IMG/VR virus record: IMGVR_UViG_3300023215_003041
Source of the DNA: a virus
Reading direction: 5' to 3' (one strand)
Length of the DNA: 64,000 nucleotides
Program-made: the position numbers and the translations under genes
The notes under the pieces: model-generated
Told to the model about the DNA's origin: nothing
Database searches by the model: none
Seen by the model: the letters and a program-made list of their open reading frames with translations, nothing else
In this document: positions 45,424 through 55,690 of the stretch, piece after piece
How positions within the stretch are numbered: position 1 is the first letter of the stretch
How the letters are laid out: each line of letters opens with the position of its first letter

Positions 45424-45903
45424 ATATCTTTACCAAGTATCGTTGTGGCAATCGAGTGGTGGAAGCGAAAGCGACTTCTCCTTCTGATAAACTTTACACT
45501 TTGGTCCCCACCCGAGCACTCATTCATATCCCCAAGCGTTACGGTTTAAAGGGGGGGGGATGTAATAAGCAAACCCGAGGGACGTTCTTGGTTGCTGGCC
45601 GAGCATCATAGCTATGGCCATAATGATGTTTTTGTGGGTTTAGCCATAAATTATAGTGTTAAGGTTGTTTATTCAATACGTTTAAAACATCCAGTGACCG
45701 GTCTGGAGACAAATGGTTTTTCTCCAAAAGCTAAGACCTACGACTGTGTTAAAGAAGTTCAAACTCCCGAAGAAGTGAAAGGGTTAACAGTAAGTAAAGA
45801 AGTTTATTACTTTGCGGCCCCCATCCCAAAAGATTGCAAAATAGACGGTAAGCCAGTATTAAAAGTAATTTTTTCCTCCGGCATCTATCGCGTTGAGGTG
45901 TAA
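45420..45903 (+). CDS. putative head-closure protein split by a frameshift at a G9 run
   Basis: ORFs 45420..45611 and 45592..45903 join into one frame if the G9 at 45551-45559 is G8. Confidence 0.6.
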
Positions 45904-45905
45904 TC

Positions 45906-46823
45906 ATGTCGGTTACGGCGGATTTTCAAGCCCAGTTCGAAGCCCTTGTTACAGGATTAACCGAAGGGGAAACGGCCTTTGTTCGAAGTGAAATAGAGAC
46001 TGCAACAGTCGAATTCTTAAAGAATGTCTTTACCTCCCTCGCCGGAGTGTTAAATAGTATGTCGAAAACCGCCAAGGTAATTCAATACCCTCCGAATGCC
46101 TTTGGGTATGGTGGTAAAAGTTCACCTATTAGCCCACGGTGGCAGATTAGGAAAAACAAGGATTTTAATAAACCCCCCTTAACCGATGAGCCCTATCTGT
46201 TTCGATGGCAGAATGAGATTGATGGTCCTAGAAAAGAAACCTCGTTGGTGAATTTACTTACCCGCTTGGGGGGAGATGATGATGTAGGCGCGGAACTTTA
46301 CACGGGTTTAGGTGGCTTGACACTATCACCCATTGCGTCGGGCGCTAAGTCCTTAAAGTCGGGGCTTAGAGTTTCAGGATGGACGGGAAAAGCTTACAAC
46401 CCTAAGACCAAAGAATATGTCTCATGGAAAGATGCCGTAGACCCTGCGGTAAATCATTACCTTCGGCAAGGAGCTTTACAGGCCAAGAACGGGGTGAAAA
46501 TACGTACGGATAACCGTGTAACGGTTGAGGGTCGAAGCGGCTGGATATCGATACAAAGGGCCGTAGTTGAAGGTTTAGTAAGTGCGGGGATCTCGGTTTC
46601 CTATCTTGCCAAACTTAATACTTTTACAGGGGCTAATTCCACCTATGACGATTTAGCGGATTTGATGGGAGAATTAGGCATACTTACCGAAAAAGAAAAT
46701 TTTAAGATTGGTTTCCTTCACAAATATAACCACGCGATATTGTTACCATATTTCGGTGGGTTGCTGGCCGGAACGGGTAAAGATTCGCTTACCGGTTATC
46801 TACAACGAGAGGGTGTCCTTTAA
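45906..46823 (+). CDS. putative neck / tail-completion protein
   Basis: 305 aa; synteny. Confidence 0.5.
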   Translation: MSVTADFQAQFEALVTGLTEGETAFVRSEIETATVEFLKNVFTSLAGVLNSMSKTAKVIQYPPNAFGYGGKSSPISPRWQIRKNKDFNKPPLTDEPYLFRWQNEIDGPRKETSLVNLLTRLGGDDDVGAELYTGLGGLTLSPIASGAKSLKSGLRVSGWTGKAYNPKTKEYVSWKDAVDPAVNHYLRQGALQAKNGVKIRTDNRVTVEGRSGWISIQRAVVEGLVSAGISVSYLAKLNTFTGANSTYDDLADLMGELGILTEKENFKIGFLHKYNHAILLPYFGGLLAGTGKDSLTGYLQREGVL

Positions 46824-47282
46824 ATGGCCCAATATATAAATATACAAAGCTCAGTACTGCGATTTTGCAAAGATAGTGCGGGTATTTTGAAAACACTTAC
46901 AGGGAGTAATTTCGAGAGCTTAAACCTTGACGCGTTTTCTAACGAGGATGATTTACCCGACGGTGATCTTATTGGGATAGAGAACTTGGCAATGCAATCA
47001 GCGTCGGATTCCTCACCTTTGGACTCGTTATCCGCATCCGTAACCCTAAGTACAGTTTCGGACATAAACAATATGCGCTTAAGTAAAGCCATAGATTATA
47101 TCTATGAATGCTTAAGACCCACAAAATCCTTTATTCTTTATGATGAATCAACCGCCGCTAGGCTGGGCCAAATTACGTGTGTAAGAATGACCCAGATACT
47201 ACCAGTACAGGACGGGAAGAATGGAAGGGTGTTTCAATCAGTTATTTTTCAAGCGTCCGCGCTGGATGAGTCACAAAACTGA
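46824..47282 (+). CDS. putative tail terminator protein
   Basis: 152 aa just upstream of the tail tube gene. Confidence 0.5.
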   Translation: MAQYINIQSSVLRFCKDSAGILKTLTGSNFESLNLDAFSNEDDLPDGDLIGIENLAMQSASDSSPLDSLSASVTLSTVSDINNMRLSKAIDYIYECLRPTKSFILYDESTAARLGQITCVRMTQILPVQDGKNGRVFQSVIFQASALDESQN

Positions 47283-47590
47283 GTTAAACCTAAATGTCTA
47301 AGACTTGTACAAACAGCAATTTGAAAAGCCTGTGGACGGGTGTATAGTGTTCTTTGGCAGTACTTATCCAGACGTTCCAGTGATTTTTTCTGGAGTCTTA
47401 AAGTAAAGCTTTTAGATGATTCCGACATAGGGACAGACCGCATATCTATAGGACTTAAGTTATTGTCCAAAAAGTGGTCTAATAAAGCCCTTAATTTATC
47501 AGCGCTCGATTCTCCATCAATAGGAGCTTGAGCGGCGGTAATTAAAATGTTCGTGGGTGTGATGATTGTTATTGGTGTTAATTTTGCCAT
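47249..47590 (-). CDS. putative ribbon-helix-helix DNA-binding protein, antisense within the tail operon
   Basis: Strong SD GAAGGAGG; KSFTLRLQKKSLERLDKYCQ...RPQAFQIAV is RHH-like. Confidence 0.6.
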   Translation of the reverse strand: MAKLTPITIITPTNILITAAQAPIDGESSADKLRALLDHFLDNNLSPIDMRSVPMSESSKSFTLRLQKKSLERLDKYCQRTLYTRPQAFQIAVCTSLRHLGLTQFCDSSSADA

Positions 47591-47645
47591 GATTCATCCT
47601 CCTTCAACAAGGTATCAATAGTAACCTAAAATTTGGAGATTGACG

Positions 47646-48476
47646 ATGGCTGGTGAAGCTAAAACCACTAATTTTATGTTGGGTACTGCCACAGTAATGA
47701 TTGGTAAACCCGAAGAATTATACGACCTTAACCCAGAACAACATTCGGTTGGTCTAGTTAAGAATTTCACAATCGAATCGCAAAAAGAAAGTACCGACCT
47801 TCCTCAAGGCCGTACTAACGAGATTGCGTTCTCTATTACCACGGGATCTACTACCCGAGGTACCTTTGAAATGTACGAATACACCGAGCAAAACTTAGCC
47901 TATGCGTTAGGTTTAGACGGTGGTGAGCTGGTTGAAGTTACCGGCGATGCCCATGTGCTATCGGCTGAGGCTTCATTTGCTTCGGGGACTGCAACCCTAC
48001 AGCTTATTGACGGTGTTGGCCAAAATGTGGAAGTCGGTAATACGGTAAGTGTTCGTGATGAAGTATCTGAAAATATTGTTATTGCGAAGGTTACGGACGT
48101 TACTGGTATTTCGGAGGGTACCGCGACAACGGCCACGATTGAACTAACAATCCCTGATAGCGATTCTACTCAGACCTTAGCCGCGGGTTCTTATGTCTCG
48201 GTAGTTAATGTCCTGGACTTAGGCTCAACCTCCGACGAGCTTCGTTACGCAGCAAAAGTTATCGGGCAGCTCGCTAATGGTATTTGGGTTACCTTCCTTA
48301 TCCCTAAATTCCGTGTGAGTTCTGGACTAACGATGGCCTTTGGTACGGACAACTTCGGGAATATCCCTTTTGAGTTCACGCCGATTCGTGTTAACCCTAC
48401 AGACCCGTACTATGCGGAGTTTAAAGGTAAAACGGGTAAAATGCTTAAAGATTCGGTTAAGGCCCCTCTAAGCTAG
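47646..48476 (+). CDS. major tail tube protein
   Basis: LGTATVMIG...VGLVKNFTIE...FEMYEYT; followed by a terminator and chaperone genes. Confidence 0.75.
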   Translation: MAGEAKTTNFMLGTATVMIGKPEELYDLNPEQHSVGLVKNFTIESQKESTDLPQGRTNEIAFSITTGSTTRGTFEMYEYTEQNLAYALGLDGGELVEVTGDAHVLSAEASFASGTATLQLIDGVGQNVEVGNTVSVRDEVSENIVIAKVTDVTGISEGTATTATIELTIPDSDSTQTLAAGSYVSVVNVLDLGSTSDELRYAAKVIGQLANGIWVTFLIPKFRVSSGLTMAFGTDNFGNIPFEFTPIRVNPTDPYYAEFKGKTGKMLKDSVKAPLS

Positions 48477-48500
48477 GTCTATTGGGCCAATAATATAACT

Positions 48501-48522
48501 AAGGCCCTTCGGGGCCTTTTTT
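48501..48522 (+). terminator. intrinsic terminator
   Basis: AAGGCCC-TTCG-GGGCC-TTTTTT. Confidence 0.9.
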
Positions 48523-48535
48523 AAGGAAATCGACG

Positions 48536-48892
48536 ATGAGTGACGCACTGAAAACCACTTTTATTATCAAGATTAATGATAGTGAAAAAGAAGTATTTAT
48601 GAGCTTTGCCCTCTTAAATACTATTACAGGTTATTTCGAAAACCCTGAACAATTGAGTGAAATTTTTCTTAACCCCCAGGTTAGGGAAAGTATCTTGGTT
48701 GAACTCTTGTCTGAACGAAACCCCACGGGGCGGATAACTAAGCAACTTAATACGTCAAGCTTACTTATTGACCCTAACGACGTATTGGATTTGCTTGAAT
48801 GGGTGGCGGAGCACGTTGAAAATTTTTTTACTCAGGCCTTCAAGAAGGCCAATCAAAGATTGAAAGCGAAGATGAAAGCCCCGAATGCTTAG
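48536..48892 (+). CDS. tail assembly chaperone (gpG-like)
   Basis: Between tail tube and tape measure; in-phase T TTT TTT at 48823-48829. Confidence 0.75.
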   Translation: MSDALKTTFIIKINDSEKEVFMSFALLNTITGYFENPEQLSEIFLNPQVRESILVELLSERNPTGRITKQLNTSSLLIDPNDVLDLLEWVAEHVENFFTQAFKKANQRLKAKMKAPNA

Positions 48893-49197
48893 AAATCTTC
48901 AATAGTTGGTACTTGAAATTAAGTTTCGAAGAACGTTTGTGTTTCGTTTTTGAAACGGCACCTAGCCGGTTGCCTGAAATATTTTGGAGCTATACCGACC
49001 ACGATATAAAAACCCAAACAAAACTCAAACTCGGGTTACGGGTCGTCACTATGACACAAGAATATGTGACGTTATTAAATGCTGCGGGAGCTATTTTCGG
49101 GGGCGGCAATTCGAAAGGAACTAAGGCCACACCCAAAGGTCGCATACCAAAAGACGAAAATGAGGCTATGGCTCTGGCTCAAGCAGTGTTCAGCTAA
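48536..49197 (+). CDS. frameshifted tail chaperone (gpGT-like, -1 PRF)
   Basis: The -1 frame is open from 48829 through 49197. Confidence 0.7.
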
Positions 49198-49215
49198 CAA
49201 TCAGGGGAATCGACG

Positions 49216-52200
49216 ATGGCTAAAGGTAGCTCCGCATCTAATACTATCCGTAAAACACTTCTAAACTTCACCATTGACGGTAACTCACAAAAGCAAATCG
49301 AATCGCTAGTTAAGGAATTTGAAAAACTCGAGCGGGTGACGAAAAGCTCGAGTAAGCAGTTGCAGGGGTATTTGGCTCAGATCCCCGATACTCCCGCGGG
49401 TCGTGAAAAGCTTGCTTCAAATGCTAAGAACGAAGTCAACACCCAGCGTAAAATTCTCCAAGAAAATGAGAAGAATGCTAAGGCGATACTTGACCAACTG
49501 GCCCTCACTATTGGTAAAGGGTTAAATCCTCAGCAACAGCAACAGTTGTTAAAAGGGCTAAATACGGCAATGGGTGAAATCACCGGCCGATTTACGAAAC
49601 AAGCCCAAGAGCAAGCTAAAAAAATGGCTGCGTCTCTGGATACTTATTACAAGAAACAATTTGATAGCAACCCCACGATTAAGCGTCGCCGCCAGATTGA
49701 CCCTAATGCGGTTCGTGATTACAACCAGCGAGATTTAGCGAATGCTTTGGCCAGTCAGCGTATTTTTAGAAAAGGGGCGAGTGAGGCTTTAAAAGATGCG
49801 CAACGGTTGGGTGACACCGAGGCCATCGCGAGATTCAAAAAGAAATTACAGAGTTTGGACGCGGGTCTTACTGCGGCTGAAAAGCAGTTAAAGAAATTTG
49901 AAACTACCGCCAGCGAGGCCGCTAAACAATCAACCAAGGTACGTAAAGAGGCGGAGCGTAAAACGCTTGCTGACTACCGTAGGGAGGCGCTACGCCTTGA
50001 CCCCACGGTTCCTAAGACAGATCCATTACGAAAAGACGCCTTACGGTCGCTAACTCGGGACCAAATCCAAGTTGAGATAGATAAGAATAAGGTTTTAAAA
50101 CGCGCTGCGGACTCGGCTTTAAAACAAGGGTTGACGGCAGGTGACACCTCTTTAATACGGGATAGTAGCAAAGCCTTAAAAGAACTTAAGCATAGTACCA
50201 AAGAAGCTAAAGAACAGCTTTCCCAGCTAACTATTGAGAGTCGTAAAGCGGCAGATGCCGAGAAAAAAGCTCAGCAAAAAGCGGCGTCTCTGGATACCTA
50301 TTACAAGAAACAATTTGATAGCAATCCCGCGATTAAGCGTCGCCGCCAGATTGACCCTAATGCGGTTCGTGATTACAACCAGCGAGATTTAGCGAATGCT
50401 TTGGCCAGTCAGCGTATTTTTAGAAAAGGGGCGAGTGATGCTTTAAAAGACGCGCAACGGTTGGGTGATACGGACGCTATCCCTAAATTCAAAAAGAACT
50501 TACTACGTTTAGATGCCGGTATTGCTGCGGCTGAAAAGCAGTTAAAGAAATTTGAAGATACGACCAGAGAGGCCGCTAAACAATCAAACAAGGCACGTAA
50601 CGAGGCGGAGCGTAAAACTCTTGCGGACTACCGTAGGGAGGCGCTACGTCTTGATCCCACTGTCCCTAAGACAGACCCGTTGAGAGGGGGTAGTTTACGC
50701 TCTCTCACTCGAGATCAAATCCAAGTTGAGCTGGATAAAAATAAAGTCTTAAAAGGTGCGGCAGATAAAGCTTTAAAGCAAGGGTTGGACACAGGTAACA
50801 CAGCATTAGTAAGGGATAGTAGCAAAGCCTTAAAAGAACTTAAGAAAAGTACCAACGAAGCTAAAGAACAACTTAAGGCCCTTACCAGACAAAGCCGTGA
50901 AGCCGAACAGCTAGAACGGGAGAAAATTAAGGGAGCTAAAGCTAAGGCCCCTGTCACTGAGCAGCAACGCGTAAACCGAAGAATTGAACAGATACAGCAA
51001 GCGAGAACAAACCAACGTCTCGATGGGGGTGCTCAGTTATTTCGAAACCAAGGGCAACTTCTACGTAACTATGCGGTTATGGGTGCGGGTATCGGAGGGA
51101 TTACGACCTCGGCGATATTCTCCACCGAGCTTGACCGGCAGTTTAAGCAGCTCCAGTCGATAGTTAACCTTACCAATGTGGAAATGGAAGAACTTTCGAC
51201 AAATCTTATTGATGTGTCGGAGAAAACGAAGTTTACGGCTACCGAGGTTGCGGATGCGGCGATTACACTGGGTCAGGCCGGTTTAGGTCAAAAGGATATT
51301 CAAAATGCGATAGAGGGCGTTACACTCTTTGCTACCGCCGTAGGTTCAGATTTAAAAAGCGCCGTAGACCTCGCCACGTCCACGCTGGGGGTATTTAATA
51401 AAGATAGTTCTCAGATGCTTAATATCGTGGACAAAATGACGACCGCGGTAAACAACTCGAAACTAAACCTCGACAAACTGACTTTAGGTTTGCAGTACTC
51501 GGGTAACCTTGCGGCTCAGTCGAATGTGACCTTTGAAGAAACAGTCTCGGCGTTAGGTGCAATGGCCAACTCAGGGATTAGAGCGGGTTCAACGTTGGGC
51601 ACAGGTTTACGTCAAATAATTATTTCGTTACAGAAGCCCTCAGACACATTTATACGAACGGTTCAGGCCTTAGGTATTTCAATGTCTGATCTTGATATCA
51701 CTGCCCATGGTTTAATCCCTGTGATGCGAACTCTCGCAGAGCGAGGGTTTACCGTTCGTGACGCCATGGAGAGTATGGAAGTTCGGGCAGCATCAGCCTA
51801 CGGGGCCTTTGCCAACAACATTGAAGTTGCGGAGGAATTAAGCGAACAAATGCGTATTGGTGGTTCTTCGGCGCGAGCGAACGAAACCCAGATGGGTGCG
51901 TTGTCTAACCAGTTAGCGCGATTAAGCTCTATCAGTAAGTCGATTGTTTATGAGTCTCTTGAACCCCTCTTAGATGTTATAACCGGTTTAACTGAAACCA
52001 CGGCGGACTTTTTATCCGTGGTACGTGATTTAGGCCCCGCGCTAAGTGTGCTGGCGGTTCCTGCGTCAATCTTCGGTAGCTTACTGGCTTCACGTAGCGT
52101 ACTGAGTCTTGGTGCGGGTTTGTTGGGTGGGGTGGAAATGCTCACAGGGGGCGGCAAAAAGGGAAAATCTAAAGGTAATATTTTCTCTCGTCTTATCAAT

Positions 52201-55200
52201 GTCGCGAAAGGCCGTGGTGTAGGCCGTGCTGTAGGTTTAGCAGCCCGTGCTATACCTGGGGTGGGTACTGCTACCCTGTTAGGTACTGGTGCCGTGTATG
52301 GGTACCAATACTTAGATGGTCGTCAACGAGCAAATGATCGTGTTGATAATACTCAGGCGAGGCTTAATCAAGGCCAAGCTGAAACAAAAGCCTACCAAGA
52401 CCAACTTAAGAAAGTTGGTGGGACGATTGACACACTTATACTTAAGCAACATAACCTCGCGGATAATGATGCTCTGCAGCGTGAGATTCGTCGGTTAAAT
52501 GATGAATTCCGCCAGCAAGGTCTCTATATCGATTCCTCGGTGGATAGCTACGATAAACTCATTGCGAAAATGCTTGAGTTCGAAACGTCTACGCGCAACG
52601 GTGTTAATTATCTGCAGAAAAATAACCGTCGCTTTTACCTAGAAAACAGTGAAGCTAAGCGTTCTGAGATTTTTTCAACAGGGTGGTTTGATTCTGATGC
52701 CGAGCGATTACTTACTGGACAAACAAACCCTTTGGCCAATGGCCAGAACTCCCAGCGTAATGCTGCAACGTCAAGACGCCGAGGACAAAATGCGGGGGTT
52801 TCTAATTTTTACAATAAAATAATTGCTTCGGTACTGCCTACGTTCTTTGAGGATTTGCAGGAAATTAATGATGAAATAAAGAATGTTGATTTGACAAAGG
52901 AAGGGGCGCTGTCGCAAGTAAAAAAGGCGAGAAGTAAAACGCGGGAACTTGAAGGTGAGCTCACCCGTATCCTAAACCAATCGCCGGAGCAGTTAGATGC
53001 CCTTATGGGGCAGTTTAAGCTTGAGGGTAAGGCGCGAGAAAACGCCGAGAAATATATCGAGGACCTTGCAGCGGCCATGCTATCTCGGGCCAATGTTCTT
53101 TTGGATATAGAAACGAATCAAAAAGAGTGGGATAGCTTAGATCCTGAGAAGATAGAAGGCGACCGCGAACTGTCGGAGTTTATATTAACGAGGCGTCGTG
53201 ACGGGCTCAATGGGATTGCTGATATTTCTCAGGATATCGAAGGGTTATTTAAGGAAGATGAAAACCACGAGACGAGTGATTATTTAGACACGTTCAAAAA
53301 GGTACGAGATATCGTAAGAGACCGTCTTACCCAGCTTGTAGAGCATGAAGCTGAGACGATTTCCGAGTTAACCGAACGGGGTGTGGCTAATCCTCGTCTG
53401 GTTCTTCAAGAGCAAGGATACTTTCAGGCTCAAGGGAATGCTCGGGGCCGGTTAGAAAAGTACTTACAATCTGCGGCACTTTCGGCGAGACCGGATGCTA
53501 ACCTAACGTACCCCGCTCGGTTAGCTGAATTGGATAAAGAAATTGAGGTTTTGAAAGAACGGCTGCGTCAAGTTACCGACCGAGATACGTCCGACGAAAT
53601 AAAGAACAAGCTTAAAACACTGAACACAGAACGCGAAACGGTTGCGAATGAGCAAGACACTTTATTTGCAGCCATCGATGGCAATTCTCCGGTTTCGGTA
53701 GCCCAGCGTGATAGAGAATTAAAGGCCCGTATCAAATTCGCTAATGAGCAGTTTGATGCCCTTCAAGAAAAGACCCTAATTAGGGAGAGCTTTGAACAAT
53801 CACTCTTAGCAAAAGAGAACATCGACCCTCGCCAGTTTAGGCTTTTAGGGGATGATGATGAATTGTCTCGGTTGTTGTCTGATGTGGTTAATGAACAACG
53901 CACCAGTATTTCTAACCAGTTAAAAGAGGTGCGCCTTTCGGCGGAGGAACTTCGTAGGCTCTCGGAGGATAAGCTGCGTGAGTCAAATGAGTATGTTGCT
54001 ATTGCTGAAAATGACGGGTATACCGACGAGACGCGGGAAAGGGCCTCAGGGATTGCGAACGAACTTAAGACCCAAGCCACGGAGCTCGAGCGCTCGGCAA
54101 TTGAGTTAGAAGAACAAGGGGTACTAACAGCCAAAGAGGCGCTTGCGGATTTTGCGGAGTATCTTAAAAGAACGATTATTGACAACCCTGATTTAACAGG
54201 GGGCCGGAGTTCGATAAAGGCCACGAAGGCGGTCGAGAGCATTGAGTCTGAAACCTTGTCGCTAGACTCAAATCTTATTGATTTGTCCCAAGCCTCGAAA
54301 GATGCAGATTTAAGCCTACGCGACTTCCGTATGAAAATGGAGGACGTCACTCGAGCTATATCTATGAGTCCTTATGAGACGGACAAATACAATAAAGTTG
54401 GGGCTGCGATATATGGTCGTTCTTATAGACCATTAAACGGTACCGGTGTAGATGAAAACTATGCCGGAGCCAACGAAGGGTCTCTAGGGTCTAGCTTGAG
54501 TAACGCGGGGCAGTACGTTGTTGATGATGTAAATAAGCATTATCGAAGCTACGATATGCTTAAGCAAATGACCCTAGAGGCGACCGAGGCCGCTAAAGGG
54601 TTAGGACAGGCATTTGGTGATACCTTCACGGATTTAGTTACAGGGGCACAAAGTGGTGAAAATGCTATTCGTAGTTTAGGCGCCAGTATCTTAACCCAGA
54701 TGGCCAATATTGCTTCACAAGCTGTTGCGAACCAACTGATCAGTTCAATATTTTCTATGATAGGTTTGGGTGGTGGTGCCGCGAACGTAGGAGGGATGGC
54801 TTCAACGGGGGCGGTAGGTAACTTGGCGGGGCTTCGCTTTACAGGGGGGCCAATCCTTGCGGGTTCTTATAAGGTTGGTGGTTTGATTACGGCGGGGATG
54901 GATACCCGAGATTCCACTTATGCGAAAGTGAGCCGAGGTGAGTTTATTTTACGTAAACCCTCGGTGGATGCCCTAGGGATTGAAAACGTTCGGGCGCTTA
55001 ACTCGGTGGACAAATCCACGATTAAACAAAAAGAAGCGTCCACACTTAAAGCGAAAGAAACTATTTCCCAAATAAGTTCCACGGAATCGGGGGAGGTAAA
55101 TGTGTATGTTATGTCGGAGAAAGCACAACCCCAGTTAGGCCCGAATGACGTTAAAGTAATTATTGGCGACGACATTGCTAGAGACGGGGAAATCGCCACG

Positions 55201-55236
55201 TTAATAGCATCAATTCCTAGAGGTAAGAACAAATGA
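49216..55236 (+). CDS. tape measure protein (2006 aa)
   Basis: Long helical protein; TP901-type segment (SEKTKFTATEVADAAITLGQAG, LGAMANSGIRAGSTLGTGLRQ). Confidence 0.9.
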   Translation: MAKGSSASNTIRKTLLNFTIDGNSQKQIESLVKEFEKLERVTKSSSKQLQGYLAQIPDTPAGREKLASNAKNEVNTQRKILQENEKNAKAILDQLALTIGKGLNPQQQQQLLKGLNTAMGEITGRFTKQAQEQAKKMAASLDTYYKKQFDSNPTIKRRRQIDPNAVRDYNQRDLANALASQRIFRKGASEALKDAQRLGDTEAIARFKKKLQSLDAGLTAAEKQLKKFETTASEAAKQSTKVRKEAERKTLADYRREALRLDPTVPKTDPLRKDALRSLTRDQIQVEIDKNKVLKRAADSALKQGLTAGDTSLIRDSSKALKELKHSTKEAKEQLSQLTIESRKAADAEKKAQQKAASLDTYYKKQFDSNPAIKRRRQIDPNAVRDYNQRDLANALASQRIFRKGASDALKDAQRLGDTDAIPKFKKNLLRLDAGIAAAEKQLKKFEDTTREAAKQSNKARNEAERKTLADYRREALRLDPTVPKTDPLRGGSLRSLTRDQIQVELDKNKVLKGAADKALKQGLDTGNTALVRDSSKALKELKKSTNEAKEQLKALTRQSREAEQLEREKIKGAKAKAPVTEQQRVNRRIEQIQQARTNQRLDGGAQLFRNQGQLLRNYAVMGAGIGGITTSAIFSTELDRQFKQLQSIVNLTNVEMEELSTNLIDVSEKTKFTATEVADAAITLGQAGLGQKDIQNAIEGVTLFATAVGSDLKSAVDLATSTLGVFNKDSSQMLNIVDKMTTAVNNSKLNLDKLTLGLQYSGNLAAQSNVTFEETVSALGAMANSGIRAGSTLGTGLRQIIISLQKPSDTFIRTVQALGISMSDLDITAHGLIPVMRTLAERGFTVRDAMESMEVRAASAYGAFANNIEVAEELSEQMRIGGSSARANETQMGALSNQLARLSSISKSIVYESLEPLLDVITGLTETTADFLSVVRDLGPALSVLAVPASIFGSLLASRSVLSLGAGLLGGVEMLTGGGKKGKSKGNIFSRLINVAKGRGVGRAVGLAARAIPGVGTATLLGTGAVYGYQYLDGRQRANDRVDNTQARLNQGQAETKAYQDQLKKVGGTIDTLILKQHNLADNDALQREIRRLNDEFRQQGLYIDSSVDSYDKLIAKMLEFETSTRNGVNYLQKNNRRFYLENSEAKRSEIFSTGWFDSDAERLLTGQTNPLANGQNSQRNAATSRRRGQNAGVSNFYNKIIASVLPTFFEDLQEINDEIKNVDLTKEGALSQVKKARSKTRELEGELTRILNQSPEQLDALMGQFKLEGKARENAEKYIEDLAAAMLSRANVLLDIETNQKEWDSLDPEKIEGDRELSEFILTRRRDGLNGIADISQDIEGLFKEDENHETSDYLDTFKKVRDIVRDRLTQLVEHEAETISELTERGVANPRLVLQEQGYFQAQGNARGRLEKYLQSAALSARPDANLTYPARLAELDKEIEVLKERLRQVTDRDTSDEIKNKLKTLNTERETVANEQDTLFAAIDGNSPVSVAQRDRELKARIKFANEQFDALQEKTLIRESFEQSLLAKENIDPRQFRLLGDDDELSRLLSDVVNEQRTSISNQLKEVRLSAEELRRLSEDKLRESNEYVAIAENDGYTDETRERASGIANELKTQATELERSAIELEEQGVLTAKEALADFAEYLKRTIIDNPDLTGGRSSIKATKAVESIESETLSLDSNLIDLSQASKDADLSLRDFRMKMEDVTRAISMSPYETDKYNKVGAAIYGRSYRPLNGTGVDENYAGANEGSLGSSLSNAGQYVVDDVNKHYRSYDMLKQMTLEATEAAKGLGQAFGDTFTDLVTGAQSGENAIRSLGASILTQMANIASQAVANQLISSIFSMIGLGGGAANVGGMASTGAVGNLAGLRFTGGPILAGSYKVGGLITAGMDTRDSTYAKVSRGEFILRKPSVDALGIENVRALNSVDKSTIKQKEASTLKAKETISQISSTESGEVNVYVMSEKAQPQLGPNDVKVIIGDDIARDGEIATLIASIPRGKNK
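49627..50874 (+). repeat. internal tandem duplication in the tape measure gene (594-bp units, 654-bp period)
   Basis: 49627-50220 vs 50281-50874; both encode AASLDTYYKKQFDSNP...AKEQL. Confidence 0.9.
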
Positions 55237-55619
55237 GCTTAGAAGTTTTTGACTTTCCGTATCACAAGGTTTCTTATTCGTATCGTGAACGTTCCTCTAG
55301 GATCACGCTCGGTAATGATTGGGAGTATGTAACCAAGCCCTCAACGCCAGTATCTCGATTATTTAAGCTGTCGTTTGAAGCTATGAAATCTTTTGAAACA
55401 CCTCAAACTTTATCGCCGATGGAACGTAGATATAGTATTGATCACTTAGATGATTTTTACCAAAGACATGAACTTTGGAGTGAATTTTTATACAACCATC
55501 ATAGGTTTGGAAATGTCGTGGTTCGTTTTGATTCACCGTTACAAGTCCCTGAGGGCTATACCGAAGGTGATGGGGTATCACTCCCTTTTATTGTCACATT
55601 AAGAGAGATTCCACTTTAG
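55233..55619 (+). CDS. distal tail protein (lambda gpM-like)
   Basis: 128 aa directly after the tape measure gene. Confidence 0.6.
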   Translation: MSLEVFDFPYHKVSYSYRERSSRITLGNDWEYVTKPSTPVSRLFKLSFEAMKSFETPQTLSPMERRYSIDHLDDFYQRHELWSEFLYNHHRFGNVVVRFDSPLQVPEGYTEGDGVSLPFIVTLREIPL

Positions 55620-55655
55620 TCTTTAGTATAAAATTTATTTTTCGATATATTTTTA

Positions 55656-55684
55656 TTGACAAGTGAATCAAAAACACCTAATCT
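55656..55684 (+). promoter_or_regulatory. sigma70 promoter of the small RNA
   Basis: TTGACA-17 nt-TAATCT with an AT-rich upstream element. Confidence 0.75.
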
Positions 55685-55690
55685 TGAAGT

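Noticed and set aside
45545-45551. T TTA AAG as a -1 slippery heptamer
   Set aside because: The downstream ORF is in the +1 frame, so a -1 shift would not join them.
3640-47645. ORF starts MEIDD / MDIDD / MGIDD / MTM in the supplied track
   Set aside because: Artefacts of the conserved leader (TTG GAA ATT GAC GAT ATG; TTG ACG ATG); true starts are the downstream ATG.
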